Assembly: GCF_009914755.1 (NCBI RefSeq)
Contig: NC_060931.1
Reading direction: 5' to 3' (one strand)
From: the human T2T-CHM13v2.0 reference genome, Homo sapiens
Length of the DNA: 64,000 nucleotides
Shown here: positions 12,353 to 25,283 of the stretch, piece by piece
Layout of the letters: every line of letters begins with the position of its first letter
How positions within the stretch are numbered: position 1 is the stretch's first letter
Notes under the pieces: generated by a model
Told to the model about the DNA's origin: nothing
The model's input: only the letters and a program-made list of their open reading frames with translations
Database searches by the model: none
Made by a program: the position numbers and the translations under genes

Positions 12353-15300
12353 TTTTCAATTTTCTTCTTAATGTCTTCATTGACCCACTGGTCATTCAAG
12401 AGCATATTGTTTAATTTCCATGTGTTTGTATAGTTACCAAAATTCCTCTTGTTACTGATTTCTAGTTTTATTCCATTGTGGTCAAAGAAGATGCTAAATA
12501 TTATTTTAAATTTTTTGAATGTTTTAAGACTTGTTTTTTTGACTTAACGTATGGTCTACCCTTAAAAATGATCAATCTGCTGAGGAGAGGAAAGTGTATT
12601 CTGCAGCCGTCAGATGAAATGTTCTGCAAGTGTCTGTTAGATCCATTGGTTCTATAGGGAGAATTAGCTATGAAGTTTCTTTGTTGATTTTCTGTCTGGA
12701 AGATCGCTTCATTGCTGAAAGTGGGGTGTTGAAGTCTCCCCCTATTATTGTTTTGGGGTCTATTTCTTGCTTTAGCTCTAACAATATTTGCTTTAATATT
12801 TGCATCACCTTTGGAAGCAACACATCAACCTTTGCTCCTTAACTACGTTTATCCTCCAAACTCTCTACCCCAAGACTTTTCTCACATTTACAGGCTCGTC
12901 TCTTACATAAAGTCATATTTCAGGGTTCTCATTACTTTTGCACTAGATATTTTGCCCAGATATTATCTAATAATATTATTAGATATTATTATTTGATAAT
13001 GGGTGCTCCAGGGTTGGGTAAATATTTATGTACACTTTTATATTTGCTGAATTGACTGCTTTGTCATTACATAGTGGCCTTATTTGTCTCTTCTTATAGT
13101 TTTGTCTTGAAATCTATTTTGCCTGATAGAAGTATAACTACTACTGCTCTTTGTTTTGGTTTCTACTGGCATGTAATATCTTTTTCCATCCATTTATTTT
13201 CTGGCTATGTGTATCTTTACAGGTGAAGTGTGTTTCTTGTAGGAAATTGATCACTGATTCTTATTATTTCATCGATTGAGCCACGTGGTGTTTTTTGATT
13301 TTAGTCCATTTACGTTCAATGCTATTATTGATGAGTAAGGATGTAGTCCTGGCATTTTGTTATTTTTTTTCTGATTGTTTTATGGTCTTTTTCTCCTCTG
13401 GTATTTAATTTCTTGCTTCTTTTTTGTGTGTATTCATTGTATGTTTTTTTGATTTGAGCTTACCATGAGGCTTGTATGTACTATCTTATAACCCATTATT
13501 TTAAGCTGATAACAACTTAGCATTGTTTGGATAAAGAAACAAACAAGCAAAAAGAAAACTAATAAAAGCTCTAAACCTTAACATTGTACCTTAACATTGT
13601 ACCTCCACTTATTAACTTTTTATTGTTTTCTTTATATCTTATTGTACTATCTATATCTTGAAAAGTTGTTAGTTATTTTTTATTGGTTCATCATTTAGTC
13701 TTTCTACTTAAGACTAGTTAATACACTACAGTTACAACATTATAATATTCTGTGTTTTTTGTGTACTTAGCAGTGAGTTTTGTGCCTTCAAATGATTTCT
13801 TATTGCTCATTAACATCCTTTCCTTTCTGGTTTACGTACTTCTTCTAACACTTCTTCTATGACAGGTCTGGAGTTGACCTCGTCTTTCATTTGTCTGAGA
13901 CATTCTTTATTTCTCCTTCATGTTTGAAATATGTATTCATTATTCTAGGGTAAACATTTTTTTCTTTCAGTACTTTAAGTATGTCATGCTGCTCTCTCCT
14001 GGTCTAGAAGGTTTCCACTGAAAAGTTTGCAGCCAGACCATTGTATGTTATTTGTCTCTTTTTCCTTGCTGTTTTTAGAATCTTTTCTTTATCCTTGACT
14101 TCTGGGAATTTTATTATTAAATGCCTTGAGGTAGTCTTATTTGGGTTAAATCTGCTTGGTATTCTATCATCTTCTTGTACTTGGGTATTAATATCTTTCT
14201 CTAGGTTTGGAAACTCCTCTGAAATTTTTCCTTAGGATAAACTTGCCACCCTTATGTCTTTCTCTACTTCCTCTTTAATGCCAATAACTCTTAAATTCAC
14301 CCTTTTGAGGCTATTTTCTGGATCCTGTAGATGTGCTTGGTTTTTTTTTCTTTTTTTCTTTTGTCTCCTCTGACTGTATTTTCAAATGGCCTGTCTTCAA
14401 GCTCACTAATGCTTTTTTTTGTACTTGATAAATCCTGCTATTAAAAAACTAATGCTAGCTGCAGTATGTCAATTGAAATTTTCAGTTCCAGAATTTCCAC
14501 TTGATTCTTTTTAATTGTTTCTATTTGTTACATTTATCTGATAGAATTCTGAATTCCTTCTCTGTGTTATCTTGAACTTCTTTGAGTTTCCTCAAAGCAG
14601 CTATTTTGAATTCTCTGTCTGAAAGGTCACATATCTCTGTTTCTCAGGATGGGTCACTGGTGCCTTATTTAGCTCATTTGTTGAAGTCATGTTTTCCTGG
14701 ATAGTCTTGATGCTTGCGGATGCTTGCCTGTGTCTGGGCACTGAAGAGTTAGGTATTTATTGTAGTTTTCACAGTCCTGGCTTATTTGCACTTGCTCTTC
14801 TTAGGAAGGCTTTCCAGGTATTTGAAAGGACTTAGATGTTGTGATCTAACTTATACTGGGGGGCATCCCAAGCCCAGTAATGCTGTGGTTTTTGCAGACT
14901 TGTAGAGATATCACCTTGGTGGTCCTGTATAAGATCTGGGTTACTAGGCAGAAGCTCTTGTTCTCTTCCTTTTTTTTCTCCTAAACAAATGGAGTCTCTC
15001 TCTTTATACTGAAACACATGAAGCTGGGGATGGGTTGACACAAGAAGCCCTGTGACCACCACCACTGGGACTGGGCTGTGTCAGGCCTAAAGCCAGGATG
15101 GCACTGGGTCTTGCCCAAGGCCCACTGTAACCACAACTTGGGTATTGCCTGTATTTATTCAGGGTTCTGTGGATCTACAATCAGCTGGTGTCCTTCCCTT
15201 AAGGTTGATGAGTTTCCCCAGGCCCCAGGTGGGTCCAGAGTTGCCCTAAGGGAGCCAGGGACTATAGTCAAAAGCCTTAGAAGTCTACCTGGTATCCTGT

Positions 15301-16990
15301 TATACTGACCTGGTGTCCTGTTGTACTGTGGCTGAGCTGGCACTCAAACCATGAGATGCAGTCCTTCCCACGTTTTCCTCTCCTTTCCACAGGCAAAGGA
15401 GCCTCACCTCATGGCCACCACCACCACAGACCCACAGGGAGTACTGCCATGCTACTGTCCATGTTCTCCTCAGGCCCCAGGAACCTCCAGTCAGCTTGTA
15501 AATGCTACCTCACTTGGGACTCTCCTTTCATAGCAGTAAGCGTCCCTCTGAATGTCCAAGACCCAAGGCCTGGAATAAGGAACTCCAAGAGCCCACTTGG
15601 TGCTATACCTGTGGCCAAGCTGGTACCTAACGTGCAAGAAAAAGTCCTCATTGCTTTTCCCCCTGCTTTTCTCAAGCAGAAGGAACTCACCTCATAGCCA
15701 CCACAGCTGGGAATATGCTGAGTCTCACAAGAAGCCAGCGAGTCTTAGAGTCTCACCCAAGGTCCACAGTTTACTACTTAGGTATTGATGCTGGCTATTC
15801 AGGGCCTAAGAGCTCCCTAGTCAGCAGGTAATGGCTCCTGTCTGAAATGGGCTTTTCCCTTTAAGTTAGCAGTTTCCCCTCTGGACCAGGATGTATCTAG
15901 AAATTTCATTTGGGAGCTAGGGCATGGAGAGATGGCCTCACAACTCTGACTGGTGTTCTGTCCTGCTGTGGCTGAGCCAGTATCCAAGATGCAAGACAAA
16001 GTTCTCTTTACTCTTCCCTCTCCTCTTCACAAGCAAAAGGAAGGAGTCTCTTTTGGAGCTGTGAGCTGTGCAGCCCCAGCTATAATCACTATATATAAGT
16101 ATTTTTTGAGTTCTTGCTTTCAATTCCTTTGGGTATATACCTAAAAGTAGAACTGCTGGGATATACGGTAATTCTGTGTTTCACTCTTTGGGAAACTGTG
16201 AAACTATTTTCCACAGGTGCTACACCATTTTAAATTTCCACTATCAATGCATTTTTCATCACGTTTATAGGTTAATTTCATTGGATAGAGCATTCTAGGT
16301 TAGTGTTTTATTTTTCTCAAAGCTTTAAATATTTCATTCTATTCTTTTCTTGTTTGCATGTAATTCTTATCCTTGTTTATCTATAGGTAACTTTTTTTTT
16401 TTAGCACCCTGGCAGGTGTCTCAGTAGGTCTTATGTTCCCCAGATCCACTGACTCTGAGCCCAGTTAAGCACTTGGACTTCCCTATGGGTTGCAGCCCTT
16501 GTGTCCTAGACCACCTTTGAAGTTTTGTAGCGCCCCAGGACACTTTAGGCCACGGTAATGAGGCTTCCTGGAACTCAAGTTCCAATTGCGGAAATGGGCG
16601 ATTCCTCTCTAGGCTGGTTTAAATGCTTCCTCTGTTGGTGCACATCAGCTGAGTTCAGCCTAGTTGTGCTTTCTGCTGTGACAGAATAGCAGTGAGTCAA
16701 AGGTAATATCTAACAATTGCTATGTTCTCTTTCTCCCAAGAGCACAGATTGTCTCTCTGTGCCATACAGCCACTGTTGCAGAATCGGGGAGGAGTGGTGA
16801 TGGTGACTGAAGACTCTTTCCTACCTTCTTCCAATGCCTCTTTCAGTGATATGAAGTTACTTTGAGTGCTCCTCTGATTTTTTATTCTTATGATGGTGCT
16901 TTTTATGTGTAGTTAGTTGATACATTGGTTTTCTGGTGAGGGGAGGATTGGTGTGGAGCCTTCAGCCATCTTGCTTCTCAGCTGCCTTCA
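12353..16990 (-). mobile_element. L1MA-like element: 5' UTR, ORF1 and start of ORF2, 3'-truncated, with a 19-bp TSD
   Basis: Antisense ORF2 endonuclease-region sequence from 12353. Tandemly repeated GC-richer 5' UTR ends in gccatcttg. TSD ttgctgacaactaagaaaa at 12334-12352 and 16991-17009. Confidence 0.9.
12804..12941 (+). repeat. Dispersed 138-bp copy of 11402-11539 inserted within the L1
   Basis: Ungapped alignment at offset 1402 with 21 mismatches by manual count (about 85% identity). Confidence 0.95.
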
Positions 16991-17049
16991 TTGCTGACAA
17001 CTAAGAAAAAGATTTCGGGAGCCTAAACTAGTGAGAGAGGGCCCTACAT

Positions 17050-17510
17050 GATTCCTCCTCACTCACTCAAGTCCAGCCACATAAGCCTACTTGGTATTTC
17101 CATATTATATTATGCTTGCTGTTACCACAGGGCCTTTGCACTGGCTTCTTCCTGTGCATGGCAAATTTGCCTGATACCCACATGGCTAATCCCTTCCCCA
17201 TCTACAACTCTTTGCTCAAAAAACCCTTCTGAAAATATCTATAAGTGACCACCTTTTAAAAAATCTCACCCTAGCCCACACCCAATTCTTAATCTTCATA
17301 CCATCAGACACCTTAATTTTCTTTTCTATAACACTTGCCACTTTCTGACATGCAGATAAGATAATTATTTTATGTTTATTTGGCATTGTCTGCCTCACCT
17401 GCTCAAATTCAAACTTCATTCCATCAGGATCTTTGTGTTTTGGCCATTAGAAACCTTACACTTTCCTAAGCACATGGTAGACACAATGTCTATTTGTTCA
17501 ATAGCAATTG
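17050..17510 (+). mobile_element. L2 3' fragment
   Basis: cacagggcctttgcactggct...cacatggtagacacaatgtctatttgttcaat. Confidence 0.7.
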
Positions 17511-18246
17511 AATGGATTCTTTAGGTGTTGATAAACTTTTCTCTTTTCTTGTTCTTTCTATACACGTTAAAATGAATTTTGCTTTTGGAAACACTGTTTG
17601 TATCTGTATATAAGACACATAACATAACTTTAAATTGCATTAATATTATATTAAAATTATTAAAGCTAGCATAAGTTGACCACTTTCATATATTCCAGTC
17701 ATTTATATAGAAGGCTTATATGTAATAACTCATTTAATTCTCAAAACAATTGTATGTTAGATCCATATAGGCACTAGGCCTTCAGCTTTCCAGAGGACAC
17801 TTGACAGAACCAGGATTGAAACCCAACTCATAGGTACTATGCAACATTGAGATACTTCCTAGGGCATTGGCAAGGAGCTACTACAATTTCTTTAAAGAGA
17901 AATGGTATTGAATATTTATAAAAACTCACATTTGTTAGGCAACAATACTTCGTTGTATACTGTATGAGCAGAAAGATAATTTAACATTTTTCTTGAGTCA
18001 TGAATATATTCTTTTTTATATAAATACAATCTTAAGCTTCATTATCATTATTGGTTTTGAGCTATGAGATATTCCAATAGAGATATCCATTAAGCATCTG
18101 GAATTTTAATCTAGAGATTAGATTGGTGTAAGACTAATCTTATACCAATTAAAATTATTTATATTCCTATCACTATTTTAAAGACTCACACATTCAAGAA
18201 TACATTCTTTTAGTTCTTTGAACACTTACTTATTCAATGGATATTT

Positions 18247-21125
18247 CTATTTTAAATTCTGGGATACATATGCAGGACGTGCAGGTTTGTTAAATAGGTA
18301 AATTTATGCTGTGGTGGTTTGCTGCACCTGTCAACCCATCACCTAGGTATTCAGACCCGCATTAGCTATTTATCCTGTTCCTCTCCCTCCAACTAACCTC
18401 CCCCGACAACAGGCCCCAGTGTATGTTGTTCCCTTCCCTATGTCTGTGTGTTCTCATGTGGTGTTTGGTTTTCTGTTCTGGCATTAGTTTGCTGAGGATA
18501 ATGGCTTCCAGCTCCATTCATATCCCTGCAAAGAGCATGATCTTGTTTCTTTTTATGGCTTCATCATATTCTGTGGTGTATATGTACCACAGTTTCTTTA
18601 TCCAATCTATGATTGATGGGCACTTGGGTTGATTCCATGTCTTTGCTATGTATAATAGCACTACAATGAACACACACATGCATGCATCTTTAGAATAGAA
18701 TGATTTATATTCATTTGGGTATATAGCCAGTAATCGGGATGCTGGGTCAAACAGTATTTCTGGTTCTAAGTCTTTTAGGAATCACCATACTGTCTTCCAC
18801 AATGGTTGAACTAATTTACATTGCCACCAACAGTGTGAAAGGGTTCCTATTTCTCCACAGCCTCACCAGCATCTGTTGTTTCTTGACATTTTAATAATCA
18901 CCATTCTGACTGGTTTTGATTTACATTTTTCTAATGATCAGTGATGTTAAACTTTTTTTCATATGTTGTTGACCACATAAATGTCTTCTTATGAGAAATG
19001 TCTGTTTATATCCTTTGCCCACTTTTTAATGGGGTTGTTGTTTTTTTCTTGTAAATTTGTTTAAGTTCCTTGTAGATTCTAGATATTTAGACCTTTGTCA
19101 GATAGATAGATTATAAAAAAGATTTTCTTTCATTCTGTAGGATGTCTCTCCATTTAATGTTAGGGTTTTTTTTGCTGTATAGAAGCTCTTTAGTTTAATT
19201 AGATCCCATTTGTCAATTTTTGCTTTTGTTGCAGTTGCTTTGGTGTTTTCATCTCGAAATCTTTGACAGTGCCTATTTCCTGAGTGGTATTGGCTAGGTT
19301 GTCTTCCAGGGTTTTTATAGTTTTGGTTCTTACATTTAAGTCTTTTATCCACTTTGAGTTAATTTTTGTATAAGGTGTAGGACGGGGTCCAGATTCAATT
19401 TTCAGCATATGGCTAGTCAGTTTTCCCAGCACCATTTATTAAATAGGGAATCATTTCCCCATTGTTTGTTTTTGCCAGGATTGTCAAAAAAATCAGATGG
19501 TTGTAGATATATAGTCTTATTTCTGAGATCTCCATTCTGTTCCATTTATCTATTGTCTGTTTTTGTACTAGTACCATGATTTCTGGTCACTGTAGCCTTG
19601 TAGTATATTTTGAAGTCAGGTAGCGTGATGCCTCAAGCTTTGTTTTCTTTTTGTTTAGGATTGCATAGGCTATACAGGCTCTTTTATGGTTCCATATGAA
19701 TTTAAAAGTAGGTTTTTTTCTAATTTTGTGAAGAATGCCAATGGTAGTTTAATGGAAATAGCATTTAATCTATAAATTACTTTAGGCAGTATGGCCATTT
19801 TCATGATATTCATTCTTTCTATTCATGAGCATGGAATTTTTTTATTTGTTTGTGTCCTCTCTGATTTCCTCGAGGAGTGGTTTGTAGTTCTCCTTGAAGA
19901 AGTTCTTCACTTCCCTTGAGTGCTGTATTCCTAGGTATTTTATTTTCTTTGTAGCAATTGTGAATGGGAGTTCATTCATGATTTGGCTCTCTGCATTTCT
20001 ACTGTTGGTGTATAGAAATGCTTGTGATTTTTGCTTGATTTTGTATTCTGAAACTTTGCTGAAGTTGCTTATCAGCTTAAGAAGCTTTTGGGCTGAGAAC
20101 ATGGGGTTTTCTAGATATAGGATCATGTCATCTGCAAACAAAAACAGTTCGACCTGATGTCAGTGGGAACATTCCTATATAAGGTGTCTGGCAACCCCTT
20201 TTGGGTGGTCTCACCCAATCAGGAGGCAAAGGATCAGGGACCTGCTTAATGAAGGATTCTGGCTGCCCCTTGGTGGAGGAGGTGTGCTATGCTGGAGGAA
20301 TCCCATTCATCTGGACTGCCTGGATTTTTCAGAGCCAGCAGGGTGAAAGTCTGCTGATTTGCAGAGACAGCAGCTGCCCCTCCCAACAGGGGCTCAGGTT
20401 CCAGGGAGCTCAGAGTTCTATCACTAAAACCCTGGCTGGAGTTGCTAAAATTCCTGCAGGGAAGCCCCACCTGGTGAGGAGGGATGGGTCAGGGTCTGGC
20501 CTAAAGAGGCAGTCTGGCCACGATCTTCCACAACTGCTGTGCTGTGCTGTGGGGGACTCCTCCTTGGTCCAAACCATCCAGTCTCCCCAGCACCGGCAGA
20601 GAAAAAAACGACTGACTTGAGCTGCAGTGATGGCTGCTACCCGTCTCCCTGCCTAAGAGCTCAGTCATCTTAGGCAGGAAGCAGCTGCAGCCATGATGCC
20701 CATCCCTCCCCCTAGGTACTTGGTAGTCTTAGGCAGTCTTCAGCCAAGTGGCTGCCCAGAATCCGCACAGCTCTGTGCTTGGGACTCAAGGTCCTGGTGG
20801 CATGAGCTCATGAGGGGGCTCACCTGGTCCACAGATTTCAGAGATCTGTGGAAAAAGCATGATTTCCTGGGCAGGGTAGCACGATCACTCACCACCTCCC
20901 TTGGCTGGGGATGGGAGCTCCCCTGGCCTCATGTGGCTCCCAGGTGGGCCGTTGCACCACCCTGCTTCTCCTCACTCTCCAAGGCTCGCACCAACTGCCT
21001 AGTCAGTGCCAGTGAGAAAACCTGGATACCTCAGTTGCCAGTGTGGGATTCACTAATCATTTTCGTTCTTCTCAGTGGGAGCCTCTGACCACAGTTGTTT
21101 CTAGTCAGCCATCTTGGCCCCTCCT
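18247..21125 (-). mobile_element. L1PA (older primate subfamily) with 5' UTR joined directly to the RT region of ORF2
   Basis: L1PA 3' UTR from 18247. ORF2 remnants include [12 protein letters not shown] (ORF 19842-20141). Abrupt switch to 5' UTR at about 20153; 5' end gccatcttggcccctcc. Confidence 0.92.
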
Positions 21126-22371
21126 TCCCCAAATATTATTCCTAAAAATGGTTGTGTTTTCTTCATAAGCTAAACCAAGCAAAATAAAATAAAGTACTGT
21201 CTTTAATATTTTCATAAATAGGCTAATATTAAAATTATATTATGATTTAAGGCAATATTCAAATGAAAGATTCAGCCATAATCTGGTAAGGTTTCATTGA
21301 TTGTTATAGATCAGACACTATTTTAAATTAGAAATCGGTGGCAATATTTTCTAAATCTTAAAATATTCACTCCTAAGGAAACTTAGATTGAAATCAAAGT
21401 GTTAATATAAAGGGGAAAATTCCCAAAAATCTTATAGAAAGTTCTTTAAGTTTATTTCTCACTGCTTATTTTTAACTAAGTTAAGGAATAGAATATTAAA
21501 CCCCAGACAGAATCTATTCCTGGGGCTTTTAGGATCTACCTTAAGTTAAAATGCATTAATCACCTTCTGAGAAGTTCTTTTCTTACAAAATAGGACTATA
21601 TTTTCAAGACCAGGGAACTTCACATAAAGTGTTGAGTTCTGAGACCCTTGTCTAATAATGTAATGCCTAAAATCAAATTTATTCGCTTGCTCTCAAAATC
21701 TCAAGAAATGATAGAAAAAGTGATATATGTTTGTCCTAATGCATAGTCTTTTCTGATTTAGCTATTCATATGAGAACTTGGTGGAAACGGTTGTTTTTAA
21801 AGTATGTGCATTATGGCTAAATGAAATCCCTGTTTAATCCAGAAACATGTTCTACAAGTTCTTCACATATGACTTATTTTAAACAAAGGAAAACATAATT
21901 GGTGACAAATGTTCAAAAGACAATGAAATAAGAAACAGTAGACAAGTTCAAAAATACCAAGGCAGGACAATGTATGCAGCAAACAACTTTACAACATCGT
22001 TATAATGATAGCTTATTAAAAATATTGCTGATATTAAGTCACACATTTTTTATTCATATGGTTTTAAAAAATGCATTAGACTTATCAGGGATATAGAAAG
22101 ATATGTGGAGAATAAAAGATAGGTTTATTTACTTAAATAGTAGAAATTATATGCAGAGATTATATATTATGCCCCATGCCCCATTAAAATACATTTTTTT
22201 GAAAGTTTCCATTTCCTTCTTTCAGTAGAGACAGAGAGAATAGGGGCAGGGAAGAGAGAACAGTTAAATGCAACAAAAACCTTATTTTTTTTTTATGAGC
22301 ACAATTTTTTTTAGTGCTGTTTTAACCTGAGTTCTGAAGAAAACTAAGTTTCATAAAGCAGTGAAACAGAT

Positions 22372-22615
22372 GTGTCTTATTTTGAGTTTCCCCTAGAACA
22401 AAGTATTTTAAAAGGACCATAGTGATGGTAATTTTATTTAGGCGACAATCCCAGGAAGAAGATACGAAGAGTAGCGAAAGTAAGACAAGAAAACAAGAAA
22501 AGCCAATGCAGGGTTTTGAGGAGCGGGAATGTTGCTGTGGGGAGCAGGGGCTCAGTTCTGTTGGGATCCTCTAAGAAACCATGCGGAGTGAGTCACAAAA
22601 TTACCTTTTTGGCTC
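22372..22615. mobile_element. ERVL-type LTR fragment (LTR16/LTR33-like)
   Basis: tgtcttattttgagtttcccctagaac...ttatttaggcgacaatcccaggaag resembles recalled consensus. Confidence 0.45.
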
Positions 22616-23394
22616 CTATTTCCACCAAGATTTAGAAACCTGGAAAGATAGTTATTACTATCCTAACAACCAGAAAAAGGCTGAAAAACTACAAAATTAT
22701 ACGTTTTCTTTGACTCATCAGTTTGCCGAGGCTGCAGAGCAGTCAAGTAGGCTGCAGTGTTTCTAAACACAAAGCTTGGCTCCTCCAAGGAGAGGGGAAA
22801 CACAAGCACTGGTTTACCTTGGCAGAACATGAGCCAAAGAAACAAGTGCCGTATCAGTAGATAAAAAGGACTTAGCTAAATAATTAAAAATGTGCTAAAG
22901 ATTGAAAGTGGCCTAGCAGAAGAATATAGAAACCGTTTAAGCTTCTGATACAAAAGGAGTGAGGTTCCCTGTGCAGACTTTCTACAGACTGCTACCAGGG
23001 CTCAAGAGAATGACTGGAGGTAGGGCAGGGAACTGAAGAAAACTTTCCTGTGGCACAGGGCTGAAAAACAGAAGGGGATGCCACAAAAGGAAAGACAAAT
23101 TGCTGAAGACAGTTTTTTGCTACACAAGAAATCATTAAGCCACTGAGGAAGGACAGCACTCTCTGTGAGCACACATGAAGATTCCTTGTGGCCAGGGGAA
23201 GGGAACTAAAGACGAGAGAAGTTGAAACCAAACATTGTTACCACAAGCAGAGAGGCAAGAAAGGATCCTGGGCTGAGGATCTTCTGTAAGTAACCTTAGA
23301 GATTTCCTACTCTTGCAGGGAAAAGCAAGAAACCTTCCTCTATACCAGACTTACCAAAAAAGGCAAAATTTGGCTCCCATGAGAGGAAGGGCAG

Positions 23395-23785
23395 TGTATT
23401 AGTCTATTGTGCATGGCTGTAAAGGAACACCTGAGACTCGGTAATTTATGAAGAAAACAGGTTTATTTGGCTCATGGTTCTGCAGGCTGTATAAGAAGGA
23501 TGGGGCCAGCATCTGCCTCTGGTGAAGGCCCCAGGAAGCGTACAGTCATGGTAAAAAGCAAAGCAGGAGCCAGTGTGTCACATTGCAAGAGAGGGAGCAA
23601 GTGACATGCCAGGCTCTTTTCAAATAACCAGCTGTTACATAGACTCACTATCACTAGGAGGGCACCAAGCCATTCGTGAAAGATCTGCTTCCATGATCCA
23701 AACACCTCCCACTAGGCCTCACCTCCAACATTGGAAATCACCTTTCAACATGAAATTTAGAAGGTGAAATATCCAAACTATATCA
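23395..23785 (-). mobile_element. MSTA/MSTB (MaLR) solo LTR
   Basis: Termini tgtattagtc...aaactatatca, with 5-bp TSD ggcag (23390-23394, 23786-23790). Confidence 0.93.
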
Positions 23786-24718
23786 GGCAGTGTCACTGAA
23801 AAAGCCATATCCCTGAGACTGAGGCATACAGGTCATGCCAATGACCTAGATTAGACCAGGACAACAAAGAGCCCATGTGACTCCCCAGCGTGCTAGTAAA
23901 TGTGGCCATATGACATGGCAGCAGTCTATCACTGGTGGAGAGGCAAGTACATGGAGCTTCCCTTGGATGCATCGGTACACAGGGAAGGTTAAAGGTTCAC
24001 AATGAGACAACAGCATTGAAGGAAAAACCTGCAGCAATCAAGCCTCCATCCTAACCACAGGTAATGCTGGAAAAACTGATAGTGGATGCATAGAAGTTAA
24101 CTGTCTCCACTCAAATATCAAAGCCAGCTCAACTCTGGAATAGACTGATTCAGTAATGCACATTAAAAATCTAGGAGAGGAAGAGATACACCCATTTTCA
24201 TGCACAGATGCTGCATAATTCAGTCTCCATTGTTTTTCACACAATATCCATCATTTAATAAAAAAATTATGAGACAAACACAAAAAAGCAAGAAAATGAA
24301 CAGCCCACTGTCAAAAGACAGACCATAAACACATACTCAGAGAAGAGCCAGATGTTGAATATATTAGGTATGTTAAAAATAATAGTGGCTAATATGTAAA
24401 GGGGTCTAGTGTGAAGGATGGAGAGTCGCTATCCATCGATGAAATATTCAGGAGAGAGATGGTAAATATGAGAGAGAGTCAATGGAAATACTAAAAATAG
24501 CAAACGGTACAGTGACAAAGAATGCCACTGACAGGCTCATCAGTAGACTTTAAGGCACCTAGGAAAGAATCAGTGTACTTGAAGACAGGTCAGTATTAAT
24601 TATCCAAACTGAAACACAAAATGAAAAAACGATGAACAATTACAAGAACAGAACACCCAAGAGTTGTAAGACAGTATCAGTCATTCTACCATGACTGCAA
24701 TTAGAATCCAAGAAGGAT

Positions 24719-24754
<36 letters not shown>

Positions 24755-24998
24755 TGGATTAAAGAAATATTTGAAGAGATAGTGGCCAGAATTTTCCAAA
24801 ATAATGTCAGGCACCATATTACAGATCTGAAAAGCTCGGAGGACACCATGCAAGATAAATATCACCACCACCACCACCACAAAGCCCTGAGTACATTATA
24901 TTAAAACTGCCAAACACAAAAGATAGAGACAATTTTGAAGCCAGGCACAGGGAAAAAAATTACATGAAGATAAACAGGGATTAGAATTACAACAGTTG

Positions 24999-25283
24999 GG
25001 CCAGGCACAGTGGCTCACGCCTGTAATCCCAGCACTTTGGGGGGTCTAGGTGGGTGGATCACCTGAAGTCAGGAGTTCAAGACCAGCCTGGCCAACATGG
25101 TCAAACCCCATCTCTACTAAAAACAAAAAATTAGCTGGGCCTGGTGGCAGGAGCCTGTAATCCCAGCTACTCGGGAGGCTGAGGCAGGAGAACCACTTGA
25201 ACCCAGGAAATGGAGGTTGCAGTGAGCCATTGCATTCCAGCCTGGGCGACAAGAGCAAAACCCTGTCTCGAAAAAAAAAAAAA
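24999..25283 (+). mobile_element. AluS (Sq/Sx-like), full length
   Basis: ggccaggcacagtggctcacgcctgtaatccc...poly-A, TSD core agaattacaaca. Confidence 0.96.

Noticed and set aside
18230-21145. TSD around the internally deleted L1PA
   Set aside because: Only a degenerate similarity (caatggatatttcta vs caaatattattccta); not convincing.
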